DNA of 64,000 bases from a virus: IMG/VR virus record IMGVR_UViG_3300045125_000155, one strand, 5' to 3'. Below the pieces are notes generated by a model. That model saw only the letters and a program-made list of their open reading frames with translations. It did not search any database and was not told the origin of the DNA. Below are positions 52,565 through 64,000 of the stretch, piece by piece (the first letter of the stretch is position 1; each line of letters begins with the position of its first letter). The position numbers and the translations under genes were made by a program.

Positions 52565-54041
52565 ATTATTATATTCGTATAAAACAGAAAAAACCTTTGC
52601 TATTGACACAATAACAAAGGTCTTAGTGTAGATTTTTGGCTGTATTAATTGTGGCTCAGGCGCCGCCACGAACTCTATCAAAAGAGCTTAGGAGCAGCAG
52701 CTGCTCCTTGAATTGGAAGCTGCTGCGGAAGTGATTCATAATTCCACAGCCATCTTCATCATATGAACCAGTCCACGCATACAAATCTTTTTGCAACTTT
52801 ACAAGATTGTCATCAATATCATCTTCTCCCGTCCTGCTTTTTATTTTTGCGCGTAAAATTCATCAAGATTCATAATAGGAAGCGTAGCGAGCTTTTCTTC
52901 ATCGGCAAACGGGATCTTTACTGAATGCTCCGCATGAGCATTCGCGAGACAACCATCCATAAGTCACTTTCTTGTGTTCTGCAAGACCAAGATTTGCATA
53001 GCCTTCATTTCTTACCATCAAGACTTAAAGAGTCTTTGCTATTCAAAACTTCAAGCAACGACGAATTGACGATGGCCGAAATACCAAATTCATTATCAAT
53101 CGCCACGCATAGCGTCACGAACGTCTCCTGCAAAGCAGATTTACGTTCCTTTGCCAAAATATCCTTGCTTTCTCGTTCAAACTCTCGTTTTTTGTATTTG
53201 ATGTATCGTTTGATACAGATTCGCAGACTGATTTTTTGGTAAGTTGCGGATTCTCACGCATCATCTCAATCAAAATTTCTTCATGCGGCTTCCTTGATGC
53301 TCAACCAGAGTCAAAACTCCCTCGTCGTCAGAGTCTGAAAACATGCATCAAGGCATTTTGTTTCTTGAAATGCCTGTTAACACGTCCCAGCTTAGCCTGT
53401 TTTGTTGATTCTACCGAACGAGCCTCAATAAATCCCATATCGCATGCCAAAGTCCATGCCAGCCTCAATGCAAGACGTGCCAACGATCCACAACATCGTC
53501 ACCCTGAGCAAGTCGCTGCTGAAGCTTGGCGATAATCCTGCCTGCGATCAAATGGCGTAAGACGAGTAGTAACGTGAAATACATTATCCTTACCGACTTT
53601 GTTGACCAAAGTATTGATAAAGGACGCCAGCATTTTGCGTAGTCGCCAGTAATAACAAGTTTAGATCCTTTTTCCCGTGCAAACAAAATCTACAAATTCT
53701 TGAATCTTACCGTAATCACCATTGTTCCACAATTTGTATTCCCGATGCGACCTCTTTCAAATTGCGTCAATGATCTACTTGTATTTGCTGTAAAGAGAAT
53801 GTTTTTTGGCGCGAAATTTTCTTGTTGCCCCAACAACTTGATCGATTTCCCCAGAGAGTCTGATTGGCGTTCCTGATACGAACAAAACTGTAACGGCCCC
53901 ACTTTTCCACAAGTTGCTTGAGGGATGTGAAGGAGCCATGGCCACAATTTAATTGGAATCTTGTGGAATTCTTCGATTACAATCACACTACGCGGAACAT
54001 TATGAAGTTTCTTGAGAGCGACTGGATAATTAGATGCAAAA

Positions 54042-54418
54042 CTAGAAATAAACTGCTCTGCAGAAGTTTCGACAATAGGAGCTTCCCAATTGGCAGCAGC
54101 AGCCTTCGGAACCCTGCAAATTTACGATTCGAATCACTAACTTTTCCGTAGTTAGCCCAAGATGATGATGCACCCCAACAATGTTGCCTTCATCAAAATT
54201 CTGCCCATCACGTTCATCATCAAGAATCACAAATTCACTGAAACAGATGCTAATTGATCGATGATATTTGTGAAAGGAGCAACCTCTACGCCTTGAGTTG
54301 CTTGCAAGCGCAGAGCACCCAGCAAACTTGAGGCTTGCAAGCGTTTTGCTGAATCACCGATCTGCATCCAAAATGTAAAACTTGTCCTGCAAATCAATAT
54401 GCACAGTGCTGGCATCAT
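54042..54418 (-). CDS. Possible HAD-SAK-like phosphatase fragment (frameshifted)
   Basis: VILDDERDG...LGLTTE pattern. Confidence 0.35.
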
Positions 54419-57272
54419 CAAAACTGCACTTTGCTTTTGATCTTTCAATCTTTTAAATGCTAAACTTCTCTTTATTGTAATGAATCGAGATGATCGATTC
54501 TGTCCTTTACGCGTAAATTGTATTTGCCGTAAATATCATCAACAGTTACAAATCCGCTTGCTCTAGCAGTGTCGGTGTGATCAGCGAAGAACATCGAAGA
54601 TGAAACAATTCTGAGGTCAAGCACTTGCTAAAATCATTTATGTCTAATTGATTATTATGGTTTGGATCAGACATTGATACGCAATATCAATATAATATCG
54701 TGCGTATCGATATCAGGTTTTCAAAATCGATTTAATTTCTTTGCCATCCTTGATTCTTGTATGTAGTAGTCAGGAATCAATTCTTTGATATTGATTAGTC
54801 TGCTCAGATTTTGATTTGTGTATTCGTAATTACTGCCATATTTACCAAAAATTTTCAGGATAAACAGTTGAGAATTCATCTGTTGATAACCAAGTTTTTT
54901 TGTCTCGCAAAAATCTGATTTACCATACTCTGCGATGTTGTTACTTTGTTTTATCCAACGGCATCAAAGCCAACGTTGGCACATTGGGCCTTGAGTTCAA
55001 CATGCCAATGTGATGACCTTGGATAATTACATATACAATTAAAAAGTCTGTAATTAATATCTTGATTGTTTCTCCGCATGACATCACGCTTGAACCACTC
55101 AAAAACACGCATACCAGCATCAACGTGATTCGAGCGAGGACCAACACAGCCGTTATGCATGAACTCTTGAAAATCCAGTGCAGTTTACCAAGATCATGAT
55201 TTTAAGCTGCATCTGCAACAATTTGCACTAGCAAAGCAAGTCTTTTTGCTTTATTCCATAATAGTATTTTACAGCACCTGAGATTGCACGCTGTGATAAA
55301 TCATGCACTCCACGCACATGTTGAGCGTAAGTTTGCGGAACATCGAATGCGCGAACTGTTGGGTGGTCACTTTAGGATAGATATTCTCTTTTATTTTCAA
55401 GCATAGAAAAACCAATAACACCGTTAAATGTTACTGGTTTGTAATTCATTCACAAAAGAAATAGGCTTAGTCCAACCAAATTCCTGATTTGCACACGCGA
55501 CCATTCTTGTGCTGGCTAATTTTGGTCGAACTTCCTCAGCGGATATCATACTCATCAAAAGACTGAGAAGCAACCGAAATAGCAAGCCACATCACTTAAA
55601 GTATCGAGGCTTGCAAGCATTGATGAAGTCGTAATCACTAATGACGCCAAGTGCATCGGATAGCACCAATGCGAACCGCAGCCTGCATGATTTCACAACC
55701 AGACCTCTGCGCTGATTGCGTCAGGAAAATGTGCAGGATAAGGCTTTTCAAGTCTCAATATCGTTCTCACTTCAGTGTTGGTTTCCGTGCGCCTGGGGTG
55801 AAACACGAATACAGCCGCTTAAATGGCGTTGTTAACAACCTTGATGGCTCCAGGCCCCATCTCGTAACGGTGTCCGTTCTATTGTTGGTGGAATTACCCT
55901 GCTTCTCTTCGTTCGTAGCGGCCGGCGTGGTGATGCCCTCAATGTCAACTTCGATGGGTCGCAAGCTTGCGAGGAAATCAACCTGCACTACGCCACGCTT
56001 TGCAGAAACGAACACGCGCGAACCATCTTCGTTATTTTCAGCATCCTCATATCTTCTTCAATATCCGACTTTGCCTTTTTCGTCTTGGGCTTGCTAGTCT
56101 TATTTTCGTTCTTTTCGAGAATAGTTCCACCAAACCATGCAGATCGATATATCGAGCAAGCCCCCTGCAAATCGCTACGGAACAAATCATCCTTAGTCCA
56201 AGCTTCATTTTCGTTCGCTAAGTTAGAAAAACCACGAGTGCGTGATTCGAAAATGTTGCAAGACTTAGGATAATCACTATAGCGTTCGATGATGTTCTTG
56301 GTGACCCAGGCGAGTTTTGATCGAGCAGCAAGTCACGAATCTTGCGGCACGTGCTCATAGGCGGGGAACCAGTGCCACGATTGTTGAATATGCGAGGCTC
56401 TCCATTGTCAATGTTGCCGTTGGGATTCGACGAGTGCTACGACCGTGACATGAATGACCGACTTACGATTAACAAACTGACTCATGTGATAATCCTTAGA
56501 AAACACCTAAATCAACGTACGTAACAACACGTTACATTCGATTCAAACAACCAGTTTTTCTGCAATTGCAGACTGTTTTACATGGGCATTGAGGGAACGC
56601 TGTAATAATGAAAAGCGTCAACTGGGCGCAATCACTCAATGACATTTTTTGCGGCAAGTTTTGAAGGTCACTCATCCTGCCGTGAAGCCATTTAAACTTG
56701 CTAATAATGTCATTAGTAACACTTTTGATTGATGTATTCAATTTCACCATCAAGCAAAACTTTTTGCACCAATTATTAATAAATTGAAAGTCACGTGATC
56801 AAATTGATGCATAGCCTCTGCCAAGTTGTGGCGATGATCAGAACATTGGCTTGAGACGGCTACCAATCAACTGCGAAGGCAACTCGCCACATGATTCACG
56901 TAACACAGTAGCCGAATGCAGATAATCTGCAACACCCAGAATCTGACCATAAATAAATCCAACGTTGTTTTCCATGTTCGTAATTCCTTTCGTTGCAAGT
57001 GCGATAGCAAAGAATTGCAGGCAGCTGCATGACAGAATTTCTTGCTGAGATTACAGGATCCTTATTACTGGGGAAAATTACAAACTCACGCCTATTATGT
57101 CTCGTAGTAATTATCATCCATCAAATGCGCATGATGTTCAACAAATTGCTTGACGATGCGATCTGCGACTAATTGATCTTTGTTGACCGAAAAGGTTGAT
57201 TGCATCTGCATGAGTGAATTTTGCCAACGTCGCATTTATTTGGCGTATTCAGGAATTGAATCGCCATTTCTG

Positions 57273-57876
57273 TTAACGCCAGCACCAGTGAGTCCAGTTG
57301 ATGTTTAGGATGCGAGGCAATTCATAAGGATGCACTGGCTTGCTAACGGCCATTCCAAGGAATTTACCTTTTGGCAAACATGGGGAATTTATGCTGCACT
57401 GCATTGCTGCACGATGCGTACCACCATCTCGATTGCATTCTGCAGTTTCATGCTTTTTGGAAAATTCAGGTTGTAAGTAACCGAAATAAGGACTTTTTTT
57501 GCTGTTACGACAAGCAATGATTCCTTTGTATTTGGCAAAAGGGATCCTTTTTGATGATACCAGCTTAAGAGCTGCAGCAATAGCAGAAGATTTGGAAGTG
57601 TAACTTTCGAGGCTTTCAACATTATTGTTAGCGGGCGTATTTTGCACTTCAACCTTTGTCAAAAAAGTCTTCATCATTACCCAAAATGTCGATGCAAGTT
57701 CCAGCAATTTCAGGCAAATTACTCGCATCATCAACAACAATCGGTACAACAACTACCAATTCTTCGAGGCTTTTCGTATACCGACTGTTCCACATCTTGC
57801 TTTTGTATTCAGATGAAAAAATCCAACTGGCCGTACTATGCAACAAATTCCTAGCCTTCATAGGGTAAGAGAACAT
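57273..57876 (-). CDS. Possible GT2-like glycosyltransferase (frameshifted)
   Basis: IVVDDAS motif and a SAIAAALK helix in successive frames. Confidence 0.3.
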
Positions 57877-59710
57877 GCCTCTTCGCTATTCAAGCCATAT
57901 GAGGCATATGCCCCCACATCTGCATTTCGTTGATAGATAGGGATTTTGTTGTGAAAAGTTTTTTCAACGGGACCAGTTGCGATACTCGCACTGAAATCCC
58001 AAAAAAATCTAATTGATCCCAGTTTCAATATGCTGCGTAGCCAGATTGATTTTGCGCTTGATTAATATCGTTGCCGAGACTGGTCTGAAAATCTTCTTTT
58101 TCATCAACATCAATAAAAAGACATCAGCGAACTTGATATCATCTTTGACGGATGCTTTCGCTTTATTGGTGATTACAAGCGTATTGCTAATGCTCGCATC
58201 AACCCCTCTCCTGACGAGATCAAAGAATCGTGTCAATAAAATTCACTGGAGAATTTTCAGACCACTTGAGGCGTTCAAGAATTTTCAGTGCAACATGAGA
58301 CTTGGGCGGCATCTCTTGCGTGCCATCAAAGATGCTAATAAAGCCATCGAGAATTAGCAACCAGATTGTTCGAATTCTTTTTCCTTCTTGCTGTATCATC
58401 CCAGTCTCGCTGTGGAATACGCAAACGAAGGACGCAGTTATTTTTATTGATCGTGTAAACTAACACTTCATCGTCTTTTTTGCAGCAAATCAACTTTAAA
58501 GTGACTTTTCCAGACTTGTCAATAAAAGCCATAAGCCTATATTTATTGCGTAGACGTTACAGCTGATGGTCCAATTTGCATAGGGCAAAGTTCACGAGTA
58601 TTGATTTGCGAACGAAAATTCTCATAAATGGCGCGCAAGAATAAATGAAATCAAGCATTGATGGTAACTCCTTTTGCAGTCGCTGCTTCTTCATTTTTGC
58701 TGTTGTCAAAAATCTCAACACCATGCGTAGCGATTACATCTTGCAAGAACTTGGGCTCAACTCTGGTTCCAAGTTGCGTCTTATCAAACATCGATAAAGT
58801 AAGGCTAGGAATAGTAAGGTTGACTTCTTGGCACGCTGAATGAATAGGATTGCCTTGGGCGTCAAGCCTGATGGGGCCAAAATATGAGGCGGCAAACTTT
58901 TTGCTACCAAGATTTGGCACAGTACGATATGATCCACGCTTTACCAACCTGTTGAAGATATCTCCTTACTGCGTGTGCAAAGTTTTTGTTGTTGGGATTA
59001 TTATGCATGTAATTTTAGTGCGATTAGAATACCTGTAGTCTTGCATATCAGAAGGCTGTATATTTTTGAAATATCCATCAATATGATACACAACATCATT
59101 TAGAATCGTGAATTTACGCTGCAAGCTATTGCCGTTCTTGATTTGATCTATTTTGCAAGTAGGAGAAGTACAATTGAAGCCAAAGCTTGAATAATTGACT
59201 GGCTTACAGATGGCAAGACGTGTAGTTACGAATTCCACAGACGGATTGAAGTATATTGAATCAATGATGCCTTTGATTGCACTAGGCGTAGGGATTGGAT
59301 AGGATGAAGCTTCAGAGCCGGTAGCGGGATTTCGGAAAAAGCAAAATCACCAGCAATTTCGAGAGTGTCGATAAAGTATTTTTATTGGGTCGATATTGCA
59401 TCTTGCATGTCCTCGTAAAATTGTGCGGCATTCCTGGGATCAGTATAGCAGTTCTCCCGTACGTAGATCAAGTTGCAGGCCACGATTTTCGATCAAAATG
59501 TTCTTTTTCTGGTGAAATAGTTGCTTGCCTGTGCTTTTTGCGAGTGCTAGTATGATGCTTAGGGGTGCTGTCTACGCTCGCAGCCATTGTCACATAGGCA
59601 CTTACGTCAGTTTTGTGGGTAAGAAGTGGGTTAGTAGCCAGAGTTGAAAACTATCACACTCGCAAACGTTGATCTAAGTACTTAGAAGACAATAGATTGC
59701 GAGCGTGGCT

Positions 59711-61822
59711 ATTTCAGGGGTTGAAAAGATCCCTGTTGATTGAAACATTGCATCCGTATGAATGGCGAGCCAGTGTATGTATTTCAGGGGTTGAAAGATC
59801 CCTGTTGATTGAAACCTAATTCTCGCAACAAATTAACACATTGATTTTATTTCAGGGGTTGAAAAGATCCCTGTTGATTGAAACGAAAAAGAATGCGTAG
59901 GCGAGCAACAGCCATTTATTTCAGGGGTTGAAAAGATCCCTGTTGATTGAAACAACACCGTTAACCTCTCGCAAATATACCGACTTGGTGATTTCAGGGT
60001 TGAAAAGATCCCTGTTGATTGAAAACGTTAAAACGCCCGCCCGTCAAGGAGTGTATGACGATTTCAGGGGTTGAAAAGATCCCTGTTGATTGAAACTCTT
60101 ACTCGCTCGACTGATTTAGTATATTCAGCATATTTCAGGGGTTGAAAAGATCCCTGTTGATTGCAACGATGCCGGTAAAATAAGAAAACTCTTAGACGGT
60201 ATGATTTCAGAGGTTGAAAATACCTCTGTTGATTGAAATATTGCCGATTTCCATACATCGCAAGCTCATGCTCTATTTCAGAGGTTGAAAATACCTCTGT
60301 AGATTGAAACCCAAGGTAACGCTCGATGACGTTCTTCATACTGAATTTCAGAGGTTGAAAATACCTCTGTTGATTGAAACATTCAAACTGGCGGAAATAC
60401 TATTGGTCCCATCAGCCTTCAGAGGTTGAAAATACCTCTGTTGATTGAAACACCAATGCTGTGGCTCCTGTCGGTATGAGCCTACTTTCAGAGGTTGAAA
60501 ATACCTCTGTTGATTGAAATCCCGACAGACCAGTGACATAGACCGGGTGTCAACGACTTCAGGAGTTGCGTCAAATTTCGCATCAATCCTTTCAGAGGTT
60601 GAAAATACCTTTGTTGATTGAAACAAGGCCGTTGTTACCAAGGTTGAAATGACTGAAGGATTTCAGAGGTTGAAAATACCTCTGTTGATTGAAACTATAA
60701 ATCTAAACTTTGGCATCGTATATGGGCACGCCTTTCAGAGGTTAAAAATACCTCAGTTGATTGAAACACAGGAGGTTGCTGCTTAAGATTTCTAATAATC
60801 GCCTTTCAGAGGTTGAAAATACCTTTGTTGATTGAAACTATGTGATTTCACCAAGACTGCCACCTTTGAGTTCTTTCAGAGGTTGAAAACACCTCTGTTG
60901 ATTGAAACCCGTTAAACCGTCACATTAGTAGTACTAGAATAACCTTTCAGAGGCTGAAAATACCTCTGTTCATTGAAACGCGTCAAAATTTCGCACGCAA
61001 AAAGAATGACGGTCATTTCAGGGGTTGAAAATACCTCTGTTGATTGAAACTCCAAGGCTCAAGCGTTTCAATCATTCTATTATGATTTCAGGGTTGAAAA
61101 TACCTCTGTTGATTGAAACGTAGGACATTCAGGATTTTTAGAATAATCTATTCCTTTCAGAGGTTGAAAATACCTCTGTTGATTGAAACCCAATATTAAG
61201 AGCAGAGGTAGCTGTAGTAATAGCCTTTCAGGGGTTGAAAATACCTCTGTTGATTGAAACATTGGGTTTTGTGCTTGGTCGTGAATGCGAGGAAGATTTC
61301 AGGGGTTGAAAATGCCTCTGTTGATTGAAACCCAACACTTCAAAGCGGAAACGATTGGAGTACCGGATTTCAGGGGTTGAAAATACCTCTGTTGATTGAA
61401 ATTTACATGCTGTAGTCTCGTTGACCAAGCCATAGGATTTCAGGGGTTGAAAATACCTCTGTTGATTGAAACCGCCGCTTACTTCTATTGCTGATGGAAA
61501 ATCTATTATTTCAGGGGTTGAAAATACCTCTGTTGATTGAAACATCAATGCTGTGGCTCCTGTCGGTATGGAAGCCTACTTTCAGAGGTTGAAAATACCT
61601 CTGTTGATTGAAACACAGGAATATCTACTTACATTGATAGTGCAGCAGCTTTCAGAGGTTGAAAATGTCTCTGTTGATTGAAACACTTACGGCACAACCG
61701 GTCTCGTCACTAGTTGTCGCTTTCAGAGATTCAAAAATTCTGTTGATTAAAATTCCCGAACGTAATTTTTTACACGTATAGTAAACTATTCAGGGGCTTT
61801 ATAAGTTCCTGTTGATAGCTAC
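59711..61822 (+). CRISPR. CRISPR array, 36-bp repeats (28 clear plus 2 degenerate), 29 spacers mostly 33-37 nt, no cas genes in the window
   Basis: ATTTCAGGGGTTGAAAAGATCCCTGTTGATTGAAAC (R1-7), then (A/C)TTTCAG(A/G)GGTTGAAAATACCTCTGTTGATTGAAAC; ATTGAAAC 3' handle; degenerate repeats at the right end. Confidence 0.97.
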
Positions 61823-61850
61823 TTCCAAAAGTTAGAATATATTAAATAGA

Positions 61851-61880
61851 AAAAGCCAAACTCAAATGTTTGGCTTTTTT
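61851..61880 (+). terminator. Intrinsic (bidirectional) terminator after the CRISPR array
   Basis: AAAAGCCAAAC-TCAAAT-GTTTGGCTTTTTT. Confidence 0.75.
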
Positions 61881-62602
61881 ATTGCCTAATCTAAATTGTT
61901 TTTTGCTCACAAAAATGCTAGTTCATTTTCTAATCTAGCATAGAAAAGACATAGTATTATTTACAGGCCGTAACAAGCTCTTAAGCATATCAATAGACTG
62001 GCTATCATTGGGCACCTCGATAGAGATGCCATTTGGCATCGTCACTTTAATCGTATTAGTAGTACTCGATTTGGAAGGCTGCTTGATGGGGATGGTAGAT
62101 TTTTCATCCTGCGGCGGCCTTATTGTTTTGGGCATGTTGCGTAGCCGTATTTTTCTTTTGAGCAGCCTTCTTATTACCGATATCGTACACATGCTTCATG
62201 TACGAAAAAAACTTTTTCTTTTGCAAGTGAATTTCATTTTCAATAATATCCTTCTTCATCTGCCTTCCGAGAGCCGTCAAAATAAAAGAAGATTTTTCAT
62301 TAACAACTCGTTTAACCAAATCACTCTTGAGCAAATAAGGCGAACCATGCTAAGAGCCGTTTCATTCAATCTGCTATTAGTTTTAGCAAAATAATCATGA
62401 CGGCTTGTCACAAAAGGCGAAGTAGGAGAAAGATCAACTTGCACTCCCCAATCGCTTTGAAAACTTCGTAATAAAAGAGATATGATTTGTTTTTCGTCAT
62501 TCGATCCTCAATAGTTTTTCACTTTTGAGAGCTACTGGCTCTGGAAGTGAATTCTGCGTCATGGTAGGCCAGAAAAAAGGCACTTGCAACTCTCATTTCT
62601 CA

Positions 62603-63488
62603 TCAAAAGTATTTCTGTACTTGCTCTGCATTCTTCTTGAGGCTGACATTAGGCGACTTCATACGCTCTCTAGCCATTTCTATGTAGTTGGCTTCTAATT
62701 CAATACCTATGCATTTGCGATCATACCGCAAGGCTGCTAAGGCTGTAGAGCCTGAACCCATAAAAGGATCACAAACGGTACCATCAGGCGGACAAAAGCC
62801 TCTCACAAAAAACTCTGCCAATTCGATAGGAAATTTAGCGGGATGCTGATATTTGTCTTTGGTCAACAATGCAGACGGGAAATACAGAATGTTGTCAGCA
62901 ATAGTCATTCCAGAACCTTGATCAGCAATATCGTGGTATCCGCCAAGATTGCCAGTAAGTTCATTGTAGGATGCTATACCTCTTTTGTTTACGAATGCAG
63001 ACTCTGTACGCATAAGAATATTGTCATGATTGATGTAGGGTCTGTGTGTTTTTGAGAAGTAATAAATAGGTTCCCACGCATTTTTTAAACGATGATCCCA
63101 CTTGCGTGGATTTGCTGATTTATACCACACGATCTCGTCTTGGAAGAGAAAACCTACTTTATATGCGTAGGTGTAAAACAAGCTCCATGACATAGAGCTG
63201 CTTTTCTCCATCTGTACAATTTGGAGCAAGATTGAGAAAAAAAGAACCTGTGCTTTTTAAGATTCTTCTTATTTCCGTTGCAATTGGCGAGAACCATTCA
63301 ATATATTGTTCTGCAGGAATAGAAAAATATTTACCTTTTCTTTGTTCAGCATATGGTGGAGACGTAAAAAGCAGATCAACTGATTCAGATTCAATCAGCT
63401 TTAGATTTTTTGTGCAATCTCCGTGTATTAGGGTTAGCTTAGATTCATCAAGATTTTCTACAGGCATTTCTTTCATATAGACTTTCAA
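62603..63488 (-). CDS. DNA methyltransferase, N4-C/N6-A beta class (frameshift at the A-run near 63240)
   Basis: LIHGDC, FTSPPY catalytic motif, HPAKFP, VCDPFMGSGST SAM-binding motif, IGIEL...Y. Confidence 0.88.
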
Positions 63489-63525
63489 TAATTAGAACAT
63501 ATCTGTATAAGTATTTGCTAGATCA

Positions 63526-64000
63526 TCAACAGCCATTTTCCCAACGTGCGAAGAATGCCTCAACATCCTGGAAATCGACACCACCATCTGCATTGAAGTC
63601 TGCAGGACATGAGATAGAAAAAGTTTACTGAATTACTCAGAATATATGAACCCGGCACCAGCTCGCAAGGGCAACCTCCAGAAATTTTACATCTATAACC
63701 AGTTGCTAATGATGGTGTAGCGCATTGATAATCGTCATAGTAGATCTGTCAGTATTTGTAAAAAATTTCCATTATCATTCAAATCAATCCATGCATCATT
63801 TGCATTTTCATCCATAACAACAGGATTTCTTTTGCCACCTGTACACCAGGGGTTCAATACGCACTCGTGGGAATTTGCATCTGCAAAGATAAAACTAACG
63901 TTATTGCCGACAGAAATATATTGATCTAAAGGCTGTTGTTTGACGGCCGGTCCATCAGGAATATTATTGTGATTATTGTCTGCAATTTGTCCTCGCAAAA
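63526..64000 (-). CDS. C-terminal part of a protein ending in a Phycisphaerales-type dockerin-like tag (frameshifted; runs off the window)
   Basis: 63609-63526 translates to CPADFNADGGVDFQDVEAFFARWENGC-stop. Confidence 0.7.

Noticed and set aside
43000-59500. Stop-codon reassignment as the cause of short ORFs
   Set aside because: Broken genes resume in a different frame rather than after an in-frame stop, all three stops end good genes, and there is no suppressor tRNA (anticodon UAA is Leu; an ochre suppressor would be UUA)
60064-61548. ORFs of 60-106 aa inside the CRISPR array
   Set aside because: They are translations of repeats and spacers (recurring FQSTEVFST and FNQQRYFQPLK)
59747-61787. 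Self-targeting spacers
   Set aside because: No full-length spacer match was noticed in this window by eye; a BLAST against the whole genome is needed
56000-62600. cas genes flanking the array
   Set aside because: No Cas1, Cas2, Cas4, Cas6 or effector motifs were recognisable in any frame I read; heavily frameshifted remnants cannot be fully excluded

Overview
A segment of a large (jumbo-type) phage genome. The host is probably a planctomycete of the Phycisphaerales, inferred from a planctomycete-style ClpS, an AT-hook/winged-helix protein and a C-terminal 'CPADFN.DGGVD..D..FF..WE.G' dockerin-like tag. From about 1.5 to 42 kb there is a dense, almost entirely minus-strand array of short genes. 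It includes uvsE, clpS, DUF6876/6878/6915/1281/4265-like genes, a GHKL ATPase, tRNAs and four structured non-coding units. About 55 copies of one motif (sense strand GGACTAAA[A/G/C]TTTC) punctuate the array. About 24 copies sit exactly 18 nt before an ATG, and all 24 have A at -11, which suggests a dedicated promoter class making largely leaderless transcripts. RNA highlights are a tRNA(CAU) with an Azoarcus-type group I intron inside a 29-bp inverted repeat, a tRNA-Leu split by a 311-nt insert carrying another tRNA-Leu plus an ORF, and two promoter/terminator-bounded ORF-free structured RNAs of about 580 and 900 nt. The more AT-rich 42-64 kb part holds Fic-like, ATPase, DnaJ, ADP-ribosyltransferase-like and DUF4116 genes, a cas-less CRISPR array (30 repeats) and a DNA methyltransferase. 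Many genes are broken by single-base indels, most likely assembly errors. All counts and alignments were done by eye.
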